Assembly (NCBI GenBank): GCA_027251445.1
Contig: JAPNQO010000049.1
Location: 1 to 22,674 of the forward strand
Direction of reading: 5' to 3'
Length of the DNA stretch: 22,674 nt
Source: Fidelibacterota bacterium
GTDB taxonomy: Bacteria > Fidelibacterota > Marinisomatia > Marinisomatales > TCS55
The notes below the pieces were generated by a model, which ran no database searches, was not told the DNA's origin, and saw only the letters and a program-made list of their open reading frames with translations. Shown one piece after another: positions 9,986 to 18,100 of this stretch (within the stretch, counting starts at the first letter, position 1; each line of letters opens with the position of its first letter). The position numbers and the translations under genes were made by a program.

Positions 9986-11030
9986 TTCTGATACTATTTC
10001 TGTAAGGCCTGATGAGGCTTTTAATGAAAATCGTTTAAGAGAATATTTAATTGGCAAGCTAGATGGCAGTGCAAATAAAATTTCTGTACGTCAATTTGGT
10101 GGGGGTAAAGCCAATTTAACATACCTTCTAGATTTTGGTTCACACCAATATGTGTTAAGAAGACCACCATTGGGACCTTTGGCTCCAACAGCACATGATA
10201 TGTCAAGAGAGTATAAAGTTCTTTCCGTATTATATAAGAAATTTCCATATGCACCTCAGGCACTACACTTGTGTGAGAATAAAGAAATAATTGGTTCTCC
10301 TTTTTTTATAATGGAACGAAAAGTTGGATCAGTTATAAGAAATAAACTACCCGAAAAATTTTATAATCAAAAAAATGGTCCTGAATTAATTAGTGAACAA
10401 CTAATAAAAACATTAGCAGAATTTCATCAGGTTAATTTCTCTGCAATTGGCTTAAATGACTTAGGAAAGCCAGAAGGATTTGTAGAACGACAAGTAAATG
10501 GTTGGAAAAAAAGATGGGATAATGCAAAACATGAAAATCTTGATTCTGTAGATGATATATATGCTTGGTTAATCAATAATATTCCTAAAACTAGTCAGTA
10601 TAGTATCGTCCATAATGATTATAAACTCGATAATGTAATGTTTGATAATCATGACCCAGGAAAGATCATAGCAGTTTTTGATTGGGATATGTGCACTCTA
10701 GGAGATCCACTTTGTGATTTAGGATCATTACTAAGTTATTGGTGTATTCCTTCAGACCCAGTTTTTTTTCAACAAGCATCAACTATGCCGATAGATGAAC
10801 GTTTCTATTCAAGAGAAAGGTTAGTTGATAAATATGCATCTATCAGCGGTTATGATATTACTAGCATACGTTTCTATCATGTATTAGGATTGTACAGACT
10901 TATAGGTATTGCAGCTCAGATTTATATTCGTTTTCTTAGAGGTCAAACAAAGGATAAGCGATTTGCTATGTTTGGAGATATGATAGACCTAGTATCAAGA
11001 CATGGTATAGATCTTATCCAGGATGCTTGA
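9978..11030 (+). CDS. APH/choline kinase-family phosphotransferase, ACAD10/11 N-terminal / LvaA-like
   Basis: Motifs QFGGGKANLTY, YVLRRPPLG, AHDMSREY, HNDYKLDN and FDWDMCTLGDPLCDLG. TTG start overlaps the ACAD stop by 8 nt. Confidence 0.92.
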   Translation: MINSDTISVRPDEAFNENRLREYLIGKLDGSANKISVRQFGGGKANLTYLLDFGSHQYVLRRPPLGPLAPTAHDMSREYKVLSVLYKKFPYAPQALHLCENKEIIGSPFFIMERKVGSVIRNKLPEKFYNQKNGPELISEQLIKTLAEFHQVNFSAIGLNDLGKPEGFVERQVNGWKKRWDNAKHENLDSVDDIYAWLINNIPKTSQYSIVHNDYKLDNVMFDNHDPGKIIAVFDWDMCTLGDPLCDLGSLLSYWCIPSDPVFFQQASTMPIDERFYSRERLVDKYASISGYDITSIRFYHVLGLYRLIGIAAQIYIRFLRGQTKDKRFAMFGDMIDLVSRHGIDLIQDA

Positions 11031-11050
11031 TATATCCTATTCCTGGATAA
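11014..11050. repeat. Perfect 10-bp inverted repeat at the convergent gene overlap
   Basis: TTATCCAGGA (11014-11023) and TCCTGGATAA (11041-11050) with a 17-nt spacer. Confidence 0.6.
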
Positions 11051-12099
11051 TCCAGACTACCCAAATATAATACGCCATTTTTTTCCTCAACACTTGTTAT
11101 AGGAGAGTAAGAATTAGGAGAAGAATCTTGGAGGTTATATATCACATTTCCATTAGAATCAATCCCTAATATAAATCCATGCCTTACTGGTGCAGGCTGG
11201 ATAAAAAGTGGAAGTCGGTATACAACTTTACGTATAAATGGTCTAGGTGCAAGGGCGTCAGCTGCTGCATTTCTTGGAGTGAACATTGCAACCCAAAAAA
11301 TACTATTTTCCCCAGCTGAAATACCATCGGGAAATCCAGGAGTATTCGTATATATTTTTTCCCTAGTACCAGCTTTGGGCCCCAATAACCAATATTTACT
11401 TACTGAAAAGTCATATGTTTCATTGAATAAAAGAAATTGGCCATCATTACTAACTGCAATACCATTTGCAAAATATAAATTATCTAGCATTAGCGTTGAT
11501 TCTTTTGTGTATGGATTATACCGAATTATTTTTCCATAAGGGCGATGTTCCCATAGATCAGCTCTTGAAGCACTCATTGAAGTTGGAAAATCAATTACAC
11601 TAAACTTTTCTGAAGCATCTGTGAAGTAAATCATACCATCAGGACCAACATCTACATCATCAGTAAAACCTAATGGTGTACCATTAATTTCAGTTACTAA
11701 TGTTATGATACTTCCATTTTTATCAATGGACAATAGTCCTTTTTTAGCATCTGCAACTATTAAATTTCCTGCATTATCAAAGTCTAATCCTAATGGACGA
11801 CCTTCAGTATCTGCGAAAACTCCTATAATATCTCCGTTAGACCTAAAGCGAATTATTTTTCCATCATCAAACCCCCCATATATAATTCCTTGTTGATCAA
11901 CATCAACATCTTCTGGGCCATATGATTCTCCAGTATTTATTATCTTTACTGAACTTAAATAATCATTTATTGCATATTTTCCTTGTAATTCTGGAGCTAA
12001 AGGAGGTGTCCAAGAAACAGGGTTTATGGGCACTGGCCAAGCAACTAAATAGAGAACTAATATAGTAAATAAGATTAAAATATATTTGCCGATCCCCAA
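11014..12099 (-). CDS. Strictosidine synthase-like / SMP-30-gluconolactonase six-bladed beta-propeller (APMAP-like), N-terminally anchored
   Basis: N-terminal hydrophobic helix; motifs GPED, GRPLGL, YFTDAS, LYFANG, PGFPDGI and LYLGSL. Confidence 0.9.
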   Translation of the reverse strand: MGIGKYILILFTILVLYLVAWPVPINPVSWTPPLAPELQGKYAINDYLSSVKIINTGESYGPEDVDVDQQGIIYGGFDDGKIIRFRSNGDIIGVFADTEGRPLGLDFDNAGNLIVADAKKGLLSIDKNGSIITLVTEINGTPLGFTDDVDVGPDGMIYFTDASEKFSVIDFPTSMSASRADLWEHRPYGKIIRYNPYTKESTLMLDNLYFANGIAVSNDGQFLLFNETYDFSVSKYWLLGPKAGTREKIYTNTPGFPDGISAGENSIFWVAMFTPRNAAADALAPRPFIRKVVYRLPLFIQPAPVRHGFILGIDSNGNVIYNLQDSSPNSYSPITSVEEKNGVLYLGSLDYPGIGYIKHPG

Positions 12100-12109
12100 G
12101 AATCTATCC

Positions 12110-13180
12110 CTACGAATTTGAAAACTTTATGCCTGAAAATCCTGGTAATGTTTCTACTATACTTGGTCCTAACAATAGTGAAGGTGTGTAATAACCTCCA
12201 GGGTATGTATTTTCCATAATATTTTTTGCAAATAACATTGCACCATATCCCGTAACATCGTATCCATTTCCAACTTGAAAGTAGCCTGATTCAGTTTTTC
12301 CTTCTTTATTTTTCACTTCGGCCCATACCCACATTTTAGATTTAGCTCGTTGTTCATCACTGTCACCACCATTAATAATTTTTTTCTGCATTTTATTTTT
12401 TAAATAATTTTGAACAAATTTCAATTTGAGAATAAAAAGCCATTTACGTTGTTTTTTTATTTTATTTATTCCTTTGAGTGATCGTGGTATATATACAATG
12501 ATATTTGGTATTCCTGTGGAAAAGAAAGCAGTTGCTACATCACCCCAGGGGATACTCATTGCCATTTTTGGTCCTTGTCCATAATCAATTTCTTTTACTG
12601 CATGGGCAAGAGAAACTGGTTCAATCTTTCCATCCTTTCTTATACGTCCACCTTTACTTAATCCTTCAATAGAAGTTTTAGCAGTTCCAATACTGGGCCT
12701 ACCATTTTCACTGAAAAAACAAATATTTAACTCGTTTGCATCCGATAGTTTATCCTTTAACATATAAGATAAACAGTCCGTAGGAATAACATCAAATCCA
12801 ACTCCCGGACAAACTACAACCCCAGCATCTTTTGCATCTTCATGTTTGCTTTGCGCATAAACAAATACATCAATCTCACCTGTAATATCGATGTAATGTG
12901 TTTTTGTGCGCAGACAACTGTCAATTAATGGTTTTGCTGTTAAAGAATAGGGACCAGCAGCATTTATTAAAATATCTACTTCTTTTAAATTCTTATCAAT
13001 ATCATCAGAATCATTTAATGAAAAAATACAAAATTGGAATCCGTGTTTATCTGCTAAACTATTTATCTTTTCTTGATTTCTTCCAGCTAATACAGGCTTA
13101 ATATTCTGGCCTACTAGTTCTTTAATAATCAACCTTGAGGTATACCCATTTGCTCCATATAACATTATTTTTTTACTCAT
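12110..13180 (-). CDS. Saccharopine dehydrogenase-like NAD(P)-dependent oxidoreductase
   Basis: Motifs LYGANGYTS, LAGRN, INAAGPY, HYIDITGE, GVGFDVIPTD, IPWGDV and GGYYTPS. AAGGA SD upstream. Confidence 0.9.
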   Translation of the reverse strand: MSKKIMLYGANGYTSRLIIKELVGQNIKPVLAGRNQEKINSLADKHGFQFCIFSLNDSDDIDKNLKEVDILINAAGPYSLTAKPLIDSCLRTKTHYIDITGEIDVFVYAQSKHEDAKDAGVVVCPGVGFDVIPTDCLSYMLKDKLSDANELNICFFSENGRPSIGTAKTSIEGLSKGGRIRKDGKIEPVSLAHAVKEIDYGQGPKMAMSIPWGDVATAFFSTGIPNIIVYIPRSLKGINKIKKQRKWLFILKLKFVQNYLKNKMQKKIINGGDSDEQRAKSKMWVWAEVKNKEGKTESGYFQVGNGYDVTGYGAMLFAKNIMENTYPGGYYTPSLLLGPSIVETLPGFSGIKFSNS

Positions 13181-13233
13181 TATGTTCCTTAAGTGTTTTT
13201 ATTATTGTCCGATCCAATTTAATATGAGTTGTT

Positions 13234-13869
13234 ATGAAAATGGATAATAAAACACTTTTATTTTTCTTATTTATCTTGCATTCTTGCTTATTGCTTGGTC
13301 AGAATGATCCTGTAATAATTGAAAAAAGTTCTCTATATGCTCTCCCAGATAATATGCCATTGCAAACAAAGTTGCTATGGTCTGAAAATGGTTTATTACG
13401 TAAGACAAAATTATTTAATGTTGATCGACCAAAAGAATTAATACTTAGAAAAAAAATGTTACAATTGCATCAGAAGTTAGCACTTGGAACATTAGGGTTA
13501 TTATTTGCTCAAGGTTATTTAGGATCTCAATTAGAAAATGCAGGTTCTAATTATTCTAAACTAAGTGATAATCATGCTTTACTTGGTAAAATAGCAATTG
13601 GATCATACTTCACATCTGCAATGTTAAGCTATACTGCACCACCTGCAATTCGTTATAACAAAAAAATTGATTCGATAAGGATACACCGATGGTTATCAAT
13701 TATTCATTTTAGCGGTATGGTAGCATTACCTTATTTAGGGAAAAGGGTATCAAACCCTACCAAATACAATATAACATATAATCAAGCCCTAAAACTTCAT
13801 AGGAATACGGCTATTTTAACAATCAGCTCAATGACAATTTCTGCAATCTTAACTTTTTTGCCTTTTTAA
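13234..13869 (+). CDS. Hypothetical membrane protein; putative di-heme cytochrome b561-like
   Basis: Signal-like N-terminus, then four hydrophobic helices each led by His (LQLHQKL, DNHALLG, IRIHRWL, LKLHRNT). It directly abuts a YceI-family gene. Confidence 0.55.
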   Translation: MKMDNKTLLFFLFILHSCLLLGQNDPVIIEKSSLYALPDNMPLQTKLLWSENGLLRKTKLFNVDRPKELILRKKMLQLHQKLALGTLGLLFAQGYLGSQLENAGSNYSKLSDNHALLGKIAIGSYFTSAMLSYTAPPAIRYNKKIDSIRIHRWLSIIHFSGMVALPYLGKRVSNPTKYNITYNQALKLHRNTAILTISSMTISAILTFLPF

Positions 13870-14391
13870 ATGATCAATAGAATTCTCATCTTTTTCATCT
13901 TTCCAATCTTTGTTTATAGTCAAAGTTTTGGAATAAGTGATAAAAGTATAATTACATACTATGGTTATCATTTTACAAAAAATTGGGATGGTTACACTAA
14001 AGATATTGATGGTACTATTTTTTACAACTCAAATGATAAAACAGTAAATAGCTGTTCATTGAAAGTTAATCTTTCAACGTTTGATAGTGGAAATTCAAAT
14101 CGAGATTCAAACATGTTAACTACTCTTGAAGTCTTTTCTTATCCATATGTAGAGTTTGTTTCAAATGATATATCTGTTAAAGGAGAAAATGCATTTATTA
14201 AAGGAAGGCTTACGTTACATGGTGTTTCCATAGAAAAAAATATTCAAGCACAAATATCATTATCTGATGGGTTTATAGCATCTGGTTCATTTGATGTTTT
14301 ATTGTCCGATTTTGGAATAGAACGACCTTCGTTGTTATTTCAAAAAATTAAAGATGAGATAAGAATAGAATTTGTGATTGTAGGAAAATAA
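13870..14391 (+). CDS. yceI: YceI family exported polyisoprenoid/lipid-binding protein
   Basis: Signal peptide; motifs FDSGNSNRDSNM, YPYVEF, GRLTLHGVS and LSDFGIERP. Confidence 0.88.
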   Translation: MINRILIFFIFPIFVYSQSFGISDKSIITYYGYHFTKNWDGYTKDIDGTIFYNSNDKTVNSCSLKVNLSTFDSGNSNRDSNMLTTLEVFSYPYVEFVSNDISVKGENAFIKGRLTLHGVSIEKNIQAQISLSDGFIASGSFDVLLSDFGIERPSLLFQKIKDEIRIEFVIVGK

Positions 14392-14402
14392 GTTTGTAAC
14401 TA

Positions 14403-14423
14403 CTAAAACTGCTTACGGTTTAG
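14403..14423. terminator. Possible weak hairpin between convergent yceI and ATP-grasp genes
   Basis: CTAAAACTG-CTTA-CGGTTTAG forms an imperfect stem (one bulge, one G-U) in the 33-nt convergent gap. There is no clear U tract. Confidence 0.25.
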
Positions 14424-14424
14424 A

Positions 14425-15486
14425 CTATGTGGAGTTGCGATAATAATTATGGATTCCTTCATAGAGTGATTTATAATAATGTTGGTAATCTGTGAACTGA
14501 TATATATTTGGTATTCGATTTTCCAAAGAGTCTCTATTATTTTCTAAATAATTGCGTAACTCTTCAGGTCCAAACCCCAACTTACTAGCATTCCCACCCC
14601 ACATTGGATTAAACTCAATAAAAACTGGCTCATTATTTTTTAATAAAAATTCAACTGCACCAATATTGCAACCCAATGCTTCAGCCGTAGGAAGTATTTT
14701 CTGTTCCATATCTGAAATGTTACTACAAAGGTATTCATTGATTGAAATAAATTTATTTTTATCCTCAATATTCATATCAATACTATGAAAAACATCTAAT
14801 CTACTTGTTACTGCATAATAACTAATAATTTTTCCATGGGATATATGTACTCTATACAGATCTATTAATTCATCAGGATTATCTGAGTTTATAAACTGAA
14901 CACACATTATTCTTGTTGAGCTTCGTTTTCTTATAAATGTTTTACAACGAATCCTTAATATAGTTAGAACATCAATGATTTCTTTTTTACTACATTTAGA
15001 TTCAAGTATATACATACCATTTCCACCAGTTTCATTATTAGTTCTTATAATTACCTTTGAGTGTTTTCTAATAAATGCTTGAACATTATTTATACACTTA
15101 TCGAAACTTCTTGCTAGATCATCTAATGTAAACGAAAGAAAATCAGGACAATTAATATTATTATCTTTCCAAATTGAGAAGGTTGTATCCTTGCAATCAT
15201 AATTATCAAATACTGAAATATCATTAATGATATGAGTATTACCTCTGCGTGAGTGAATCCTTTTTTCTATTTTTTTTCGCTCGCTATCAGTTGTGAACTC
15301 TGGTCTGACACGTACCCAAATTATATCAGCATTATTAATTGAACGTACTTGGTATATGGAGTTATTTGCATCTAATAAACCTATAGCTTCAAATGGCCTC
15401 CTATTTTCCAAATTGCCTAATCTAATTCGATGTATTCCAACACCTTGTTTTTGACCTATAAAATATATTTTTGTACGATTTGAAAT
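14425..15486 (-). CDS. Divergent ATP-grasp fold protein (RimK/glutathione synthetase-like amide ligase)
   Basis: VIIRTNNETGGNGMY (G-rich loop), MCVQFI, LYRVHI, and GAVEFL...FIEFNP (ExN metal motif). The frame stays open upstream of the listed TTG at 15411; ATT at 15486 is the proposed start (uncertain). Confidence 0.7.
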   Translation of the reverse strand: MSNRTKIYFIGQKQGVGIHRIRLGNLENRRPFEAIGLLDANNSIYQVRSINNADIIWVRVRPEFTTDSERKKIEKRIHSRRGNTHIINDISVFDNYDCKDTTFSIWKDNNINCPDFLSFTLDDLARSFDKCINNVQAFIRKHSKVIIRTNNETGGNGMYILESKCSKKEIIDVLTILRIRCKTFIRKRSSTRIMCVQFINSDNPDELIDLYRVHISHGKIISYYAVTSRLDVFHSIDMNIEDKNKFISINEYLCSNISDMEQKILPTAEALGCNIGAVEFLLKNNEPVFIEFNPMWGGNASKLGFGPEELRNYLENNRDSLENRIPNIYQFTDYQHYYKSLYEGIHNYYRNST

Positions 15487-15493
15487 ATCTATC

Positions 15494-16645
15494 CTAATGA
15501 TTTATGTTTGCATGAATATTTTCAGCGATGAGCTTTGATGAAGAAGATAATCCGCTTTGAATCATTTCCTTAGAATAAGCTTTTTGATTTTCATCATATT
15601 TATTTTCTTTTAGAGCAGATTTTAGGGCAGAATCAAGTTCTTCAAAATTATTAATTACTTCACCACAATCCCAAAATTTGAAACTTTTATCGTGCTGCCA
15701 ATCAATTTTATTTGAATTAATAAAAATGCACGATTTATTCTTTTTAACAATGAAATCAGTTGCCATACTACTCACATCACCGATATACACATCTGCAGCA
15801 TTTATATAAGATCCATCAACACTATTATTACTAAAAAAATCTATAATAATATTATTTGATTTAGCTAAATCAATATTGATGTCAATTTTGTTTCTTGAAC
15901 TATAATTCTTTATTAGTGGATGAGGTGAAAATATCAGATTGTATTGTTTATTATTTTGAAAATACTGAATTATTATTTTACTCCATTTTTGGTACGATGA
16001 TAAACTTAAATCCCAATGAGGATTATAGAAAAAGATCGGATTATTATTATTAAAAAAGGATATGATATTATTATCCATCATATCTTGCCATTCAAACTTT
16101 GGATGCCCAACAATACTCAACTTATTTTTATGTATTCCGGTTTCTTTCTGCAGACGATTAAAATGATATTTACCTGGAATAAAAATAAAATCATATTTAT
16201 CTATAGAATTTTCAAAACCATAGGATCTTGTTCCTGTACCATGGTATACATAAAATAGTTTAGGGGCTGTGCTTCTATTTTTTTTTATAAAGCTTGGAGT
16301 CTCATGAGATGTAGAAATTATTGCTTTAGAATAAAGAATTGATTTATCAATGGACTTCCATTGTGATTTTGGTGGAGGTATAATCTTATTTCTGTAATTT
16401 TTAATATGGTATCTTAATGGTTTAGGTAGTTTTATTATTTTGCATCCTGGATTACCCATTTTGTCCAAAGTTTGTTCAATTATTTCAGTATTTTTATCAC
16501 TTCCAGATATAAGAGTTGTTTGATATTGCTTATAATTGTGAGCAAAGGTTAATGCAGGTAGAATTAAGTGATGTGTATGGTGAGGGCCATTAATAAAGAG
16601 AAATACAATAGAATCATTTTCAATTTTTATTTTTTTATTAAACAT
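15494..16645 (-). CDS. CDP-glycerol glycerophosphotransferase (TagB/TagF)-like GT-B fold transferase
   Basis: Motifs YVYHGTG, VGHPKFE, FYNPHW, FSPHP and ADVYIGDVSS, matching the family patterns HG, GxPK, YxPxW, HP and DhhIxDxSS. Confidence 0.78.
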   Translation of the reverse strand: MFNKKIKIENDSIVFLFINGPHHTHHLILPALTFAHNYKQYQTTLISGSDKNTEIIEQTLDKMGNPGCKIIKLPKPLRYHIKNYRNKIIPPPKSQWKSIDKSILYSKAIISTSHETPSFIKKNRSTAPKLFYVYHGTGTRSYGFENSIDKYDFIFIPGKYHFNRLQKETGIHKNKLSIVGHPKFEWQDMMDNNIISFFNNNNPIFFYNPHWDLSLSSYQKWSKIIIQYFQNNKQYNLIFSPHPLIKNYSSRNKIDINIDLAKSNNIIIDFFSNNSVDGSYINAADVYIGDVSSMATDFIVKKNKSCIFINSNKIDWQHDKSFKFWDCGEVINNFEELDSALKSALKENKYDENQKAYSKEMIQSGLSSSSKLIAENIHANINH

Positions 16646-16663
16646 AAATAAAAGAATTAGATT

Positions 16664-18070
16664 TTATTCTAGTAAAACAGAAGTTGTTTGTTCTATTTCA
16701 TAGAAAAAGAAATCTAAATCTTTTTTCTTAAGCTTAAAGTTTGATGTAACCAGCCTAATACATGTTATACTATTAACATTAGCATAATTCACCATCAATT
16801 TTCCGTCTGATAACATTTTATCACGAACATTAACGTTGAAGGTATTCCAATCAGACTTTGGTAATGAATCTGGTTGTATTTGAAAGCAGACATTTAATGA
16901 TTCTATTGGTGTAATTAAGTGAAGTAATGATGATGTCTCAATTTTTTCTTTTGCATACTGAGCCATTTCAAAAATATGATTAATATTCTTTTCAAAACCA
17001 CTGTTACCCAGATATTTCCAGCTTAACCACAGTTTCAAGGCATCTGTTCTTCGGCCACACTGTAAAGAATGCTCTCCTAGATTTATAATATTATCGGGAT
17101 CATCATGGAATAAATAATCTGTACCATCCACAGTATTAATTTTTTTTAAAATAGAAGGATCTTTAAATAACGCTGCAGTACACATTAAAGGCATTCCCAT
17201 CATTTTATGAGCACACCACGTTATCGAATCAGACCTTTCGCTTCCATTCATCAAATGATTGTGCTTTGATGATATAATTACTGATCCTCCCCAAGATGCA
17301 TCAATATGGAACCAGAGATTATATTTTTCACATATGTCAGCTAATTTATTAAATGGATCAAATGTTCCCCGGACTGTAGTTCCAGCAGTCCCACCAACAA
17401 AAAAAGGTTGTTTGCCAGAATTAATAGAATCTTGAATGCATTTTTCTAAGGCCGTTGGATTCATATGACCATATTCATCACAAGGTACTTTTATAATTTG
17501 TTTAGTTCCTATACCAAGTAGTTGAGCAGCTTTGAGAAATGAATAATGTGATTCTTCCGAAACGAAACCAGTTAATACTTTACTTCCAAAAATTCCTTCT
17601 TCTTTAAGACTGGGGTCAAGTCGATAAATAGCTGCGAGCATGCCAAGAAGATTCCCATTACTACCACCAGTTACAAAGGTACCAAATCCATTCTCATATC
17701 CAATTAATGAAGACATTCTTTTAATTAATTCTTTTTCCATTAATGTTGCCACGGGGCTCATTTCAAAAGTATACATGGAACTGTTTGTAAGTGCTGTAAG
17801 TACTTCACCCAAATACCCTGTTGCTGAAAACCCTGAGAAGAGTTGATTATAGAAATTTGTACTACCGGTTTTAACAGCTAGAGTTAAATATTTTTCAATA
17901 ATTTCTTTAATGCCATCAAAATTAGTTGATTCATCTAAGCTTATATCAAACTCTTTATAAAGGTGCTCTGGAGAAATCTTAGGCTTTGTTAATCCTATAT
18001 TTTTATCCTGATCTTTCAGGTATTGAACTATACGATCATGTATGTCATTAATTAGTTGTGTTTGTTCCAT
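16664..18070 (-). CDS. Group II PLP-dependent decarboxylase, cysteine sulfinic acid decarboxylase (CSAD)/GADL1-like
   Basis: Motifs FYNQLFSG, YTFEMSP, SHYSFLK, AGTTVRGTFDP, HIDASWGG, WCAHKMMG (PLP Lys) and QCGRRTDALKLW. Confidence 0.88.
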   Translation of the reverse strand: MEQTQLINDIHDRIVQYLKDQDKNIGLTKPKISPEHLYKEFDISLDESTNFDGIKEIIEKYLTLAVKTGSTNFYNQLFSGFSATGYLGEVLTALTNSSMYTFEMSPVATLMEKELIKRMSSLIGYENGFGTFVTGGSNGNLLGMLAAIYRLDPSLKEEGIFGSKVLTGFVSEESHYSFLKAAQLLGIGTKQIIKVPCDEYGHMNPTALEKCIQDSINSGKQPFFVGGTAGTTVRGTFDPFNKLADICEKYNLWFHIDASWGGSVIISSKHNHLMNGSERSDSITWCAHKMMGMPLMCTAALFKDPSILKKINTVDGTDYLFHDDPDNIINLGEHSLQCGRRTDALKLWLSWKYLGNSGFEKNINHIFEMAQYAKEKIETSSLLHLITPIESLNVCFQIQPDSLPKSDWNTFNVNVRDKMLSDGKLMVNYANVNSITCIRLVTSNFKLKKKDLDFFFYEIEQTTSVLLE

Positions 18071-18100
18071 AAAGGTTTTAACAATTAATTAAATAATAGA

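Noticed and set aside
10021..10263. 80-aa - strand ORF
   Set aside because: Antisense within the phosphotransferase.
9978..11030. Aminoglycoside resistance gene
   Set aside because: The fold is APH-like, but the motifs and ACAD coupling indicate the metabolic ACAD10/11-type clade.
11279..11896. 86-aa and 63-aa + strand ORFs
   Set aside because: Antisense shadows of the beta-propeller gene.
11014..12099. True strictosidine synthase / alkaloid pathway
   Set aside because: Bacterial members of this family generally retain metal-binding hydrolase features. There is no support for Pictet-Spengler chemistry here.
12898..13101. 67-aa + strand ORF
   Set aside because: Antisense within the oxidoreductase.
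14552..14788. 78-aa + strand ORF
   Set aside because: Antisense within the ATP-grasp gene.
16016..16258. 80-aa + strand ORF
   Set aside because: Antisense and low-complexity, within the TagF-like gene.
17640..17846. 68-aa + strand ORF
   Set aside because: Antisense within the decarboxylase.
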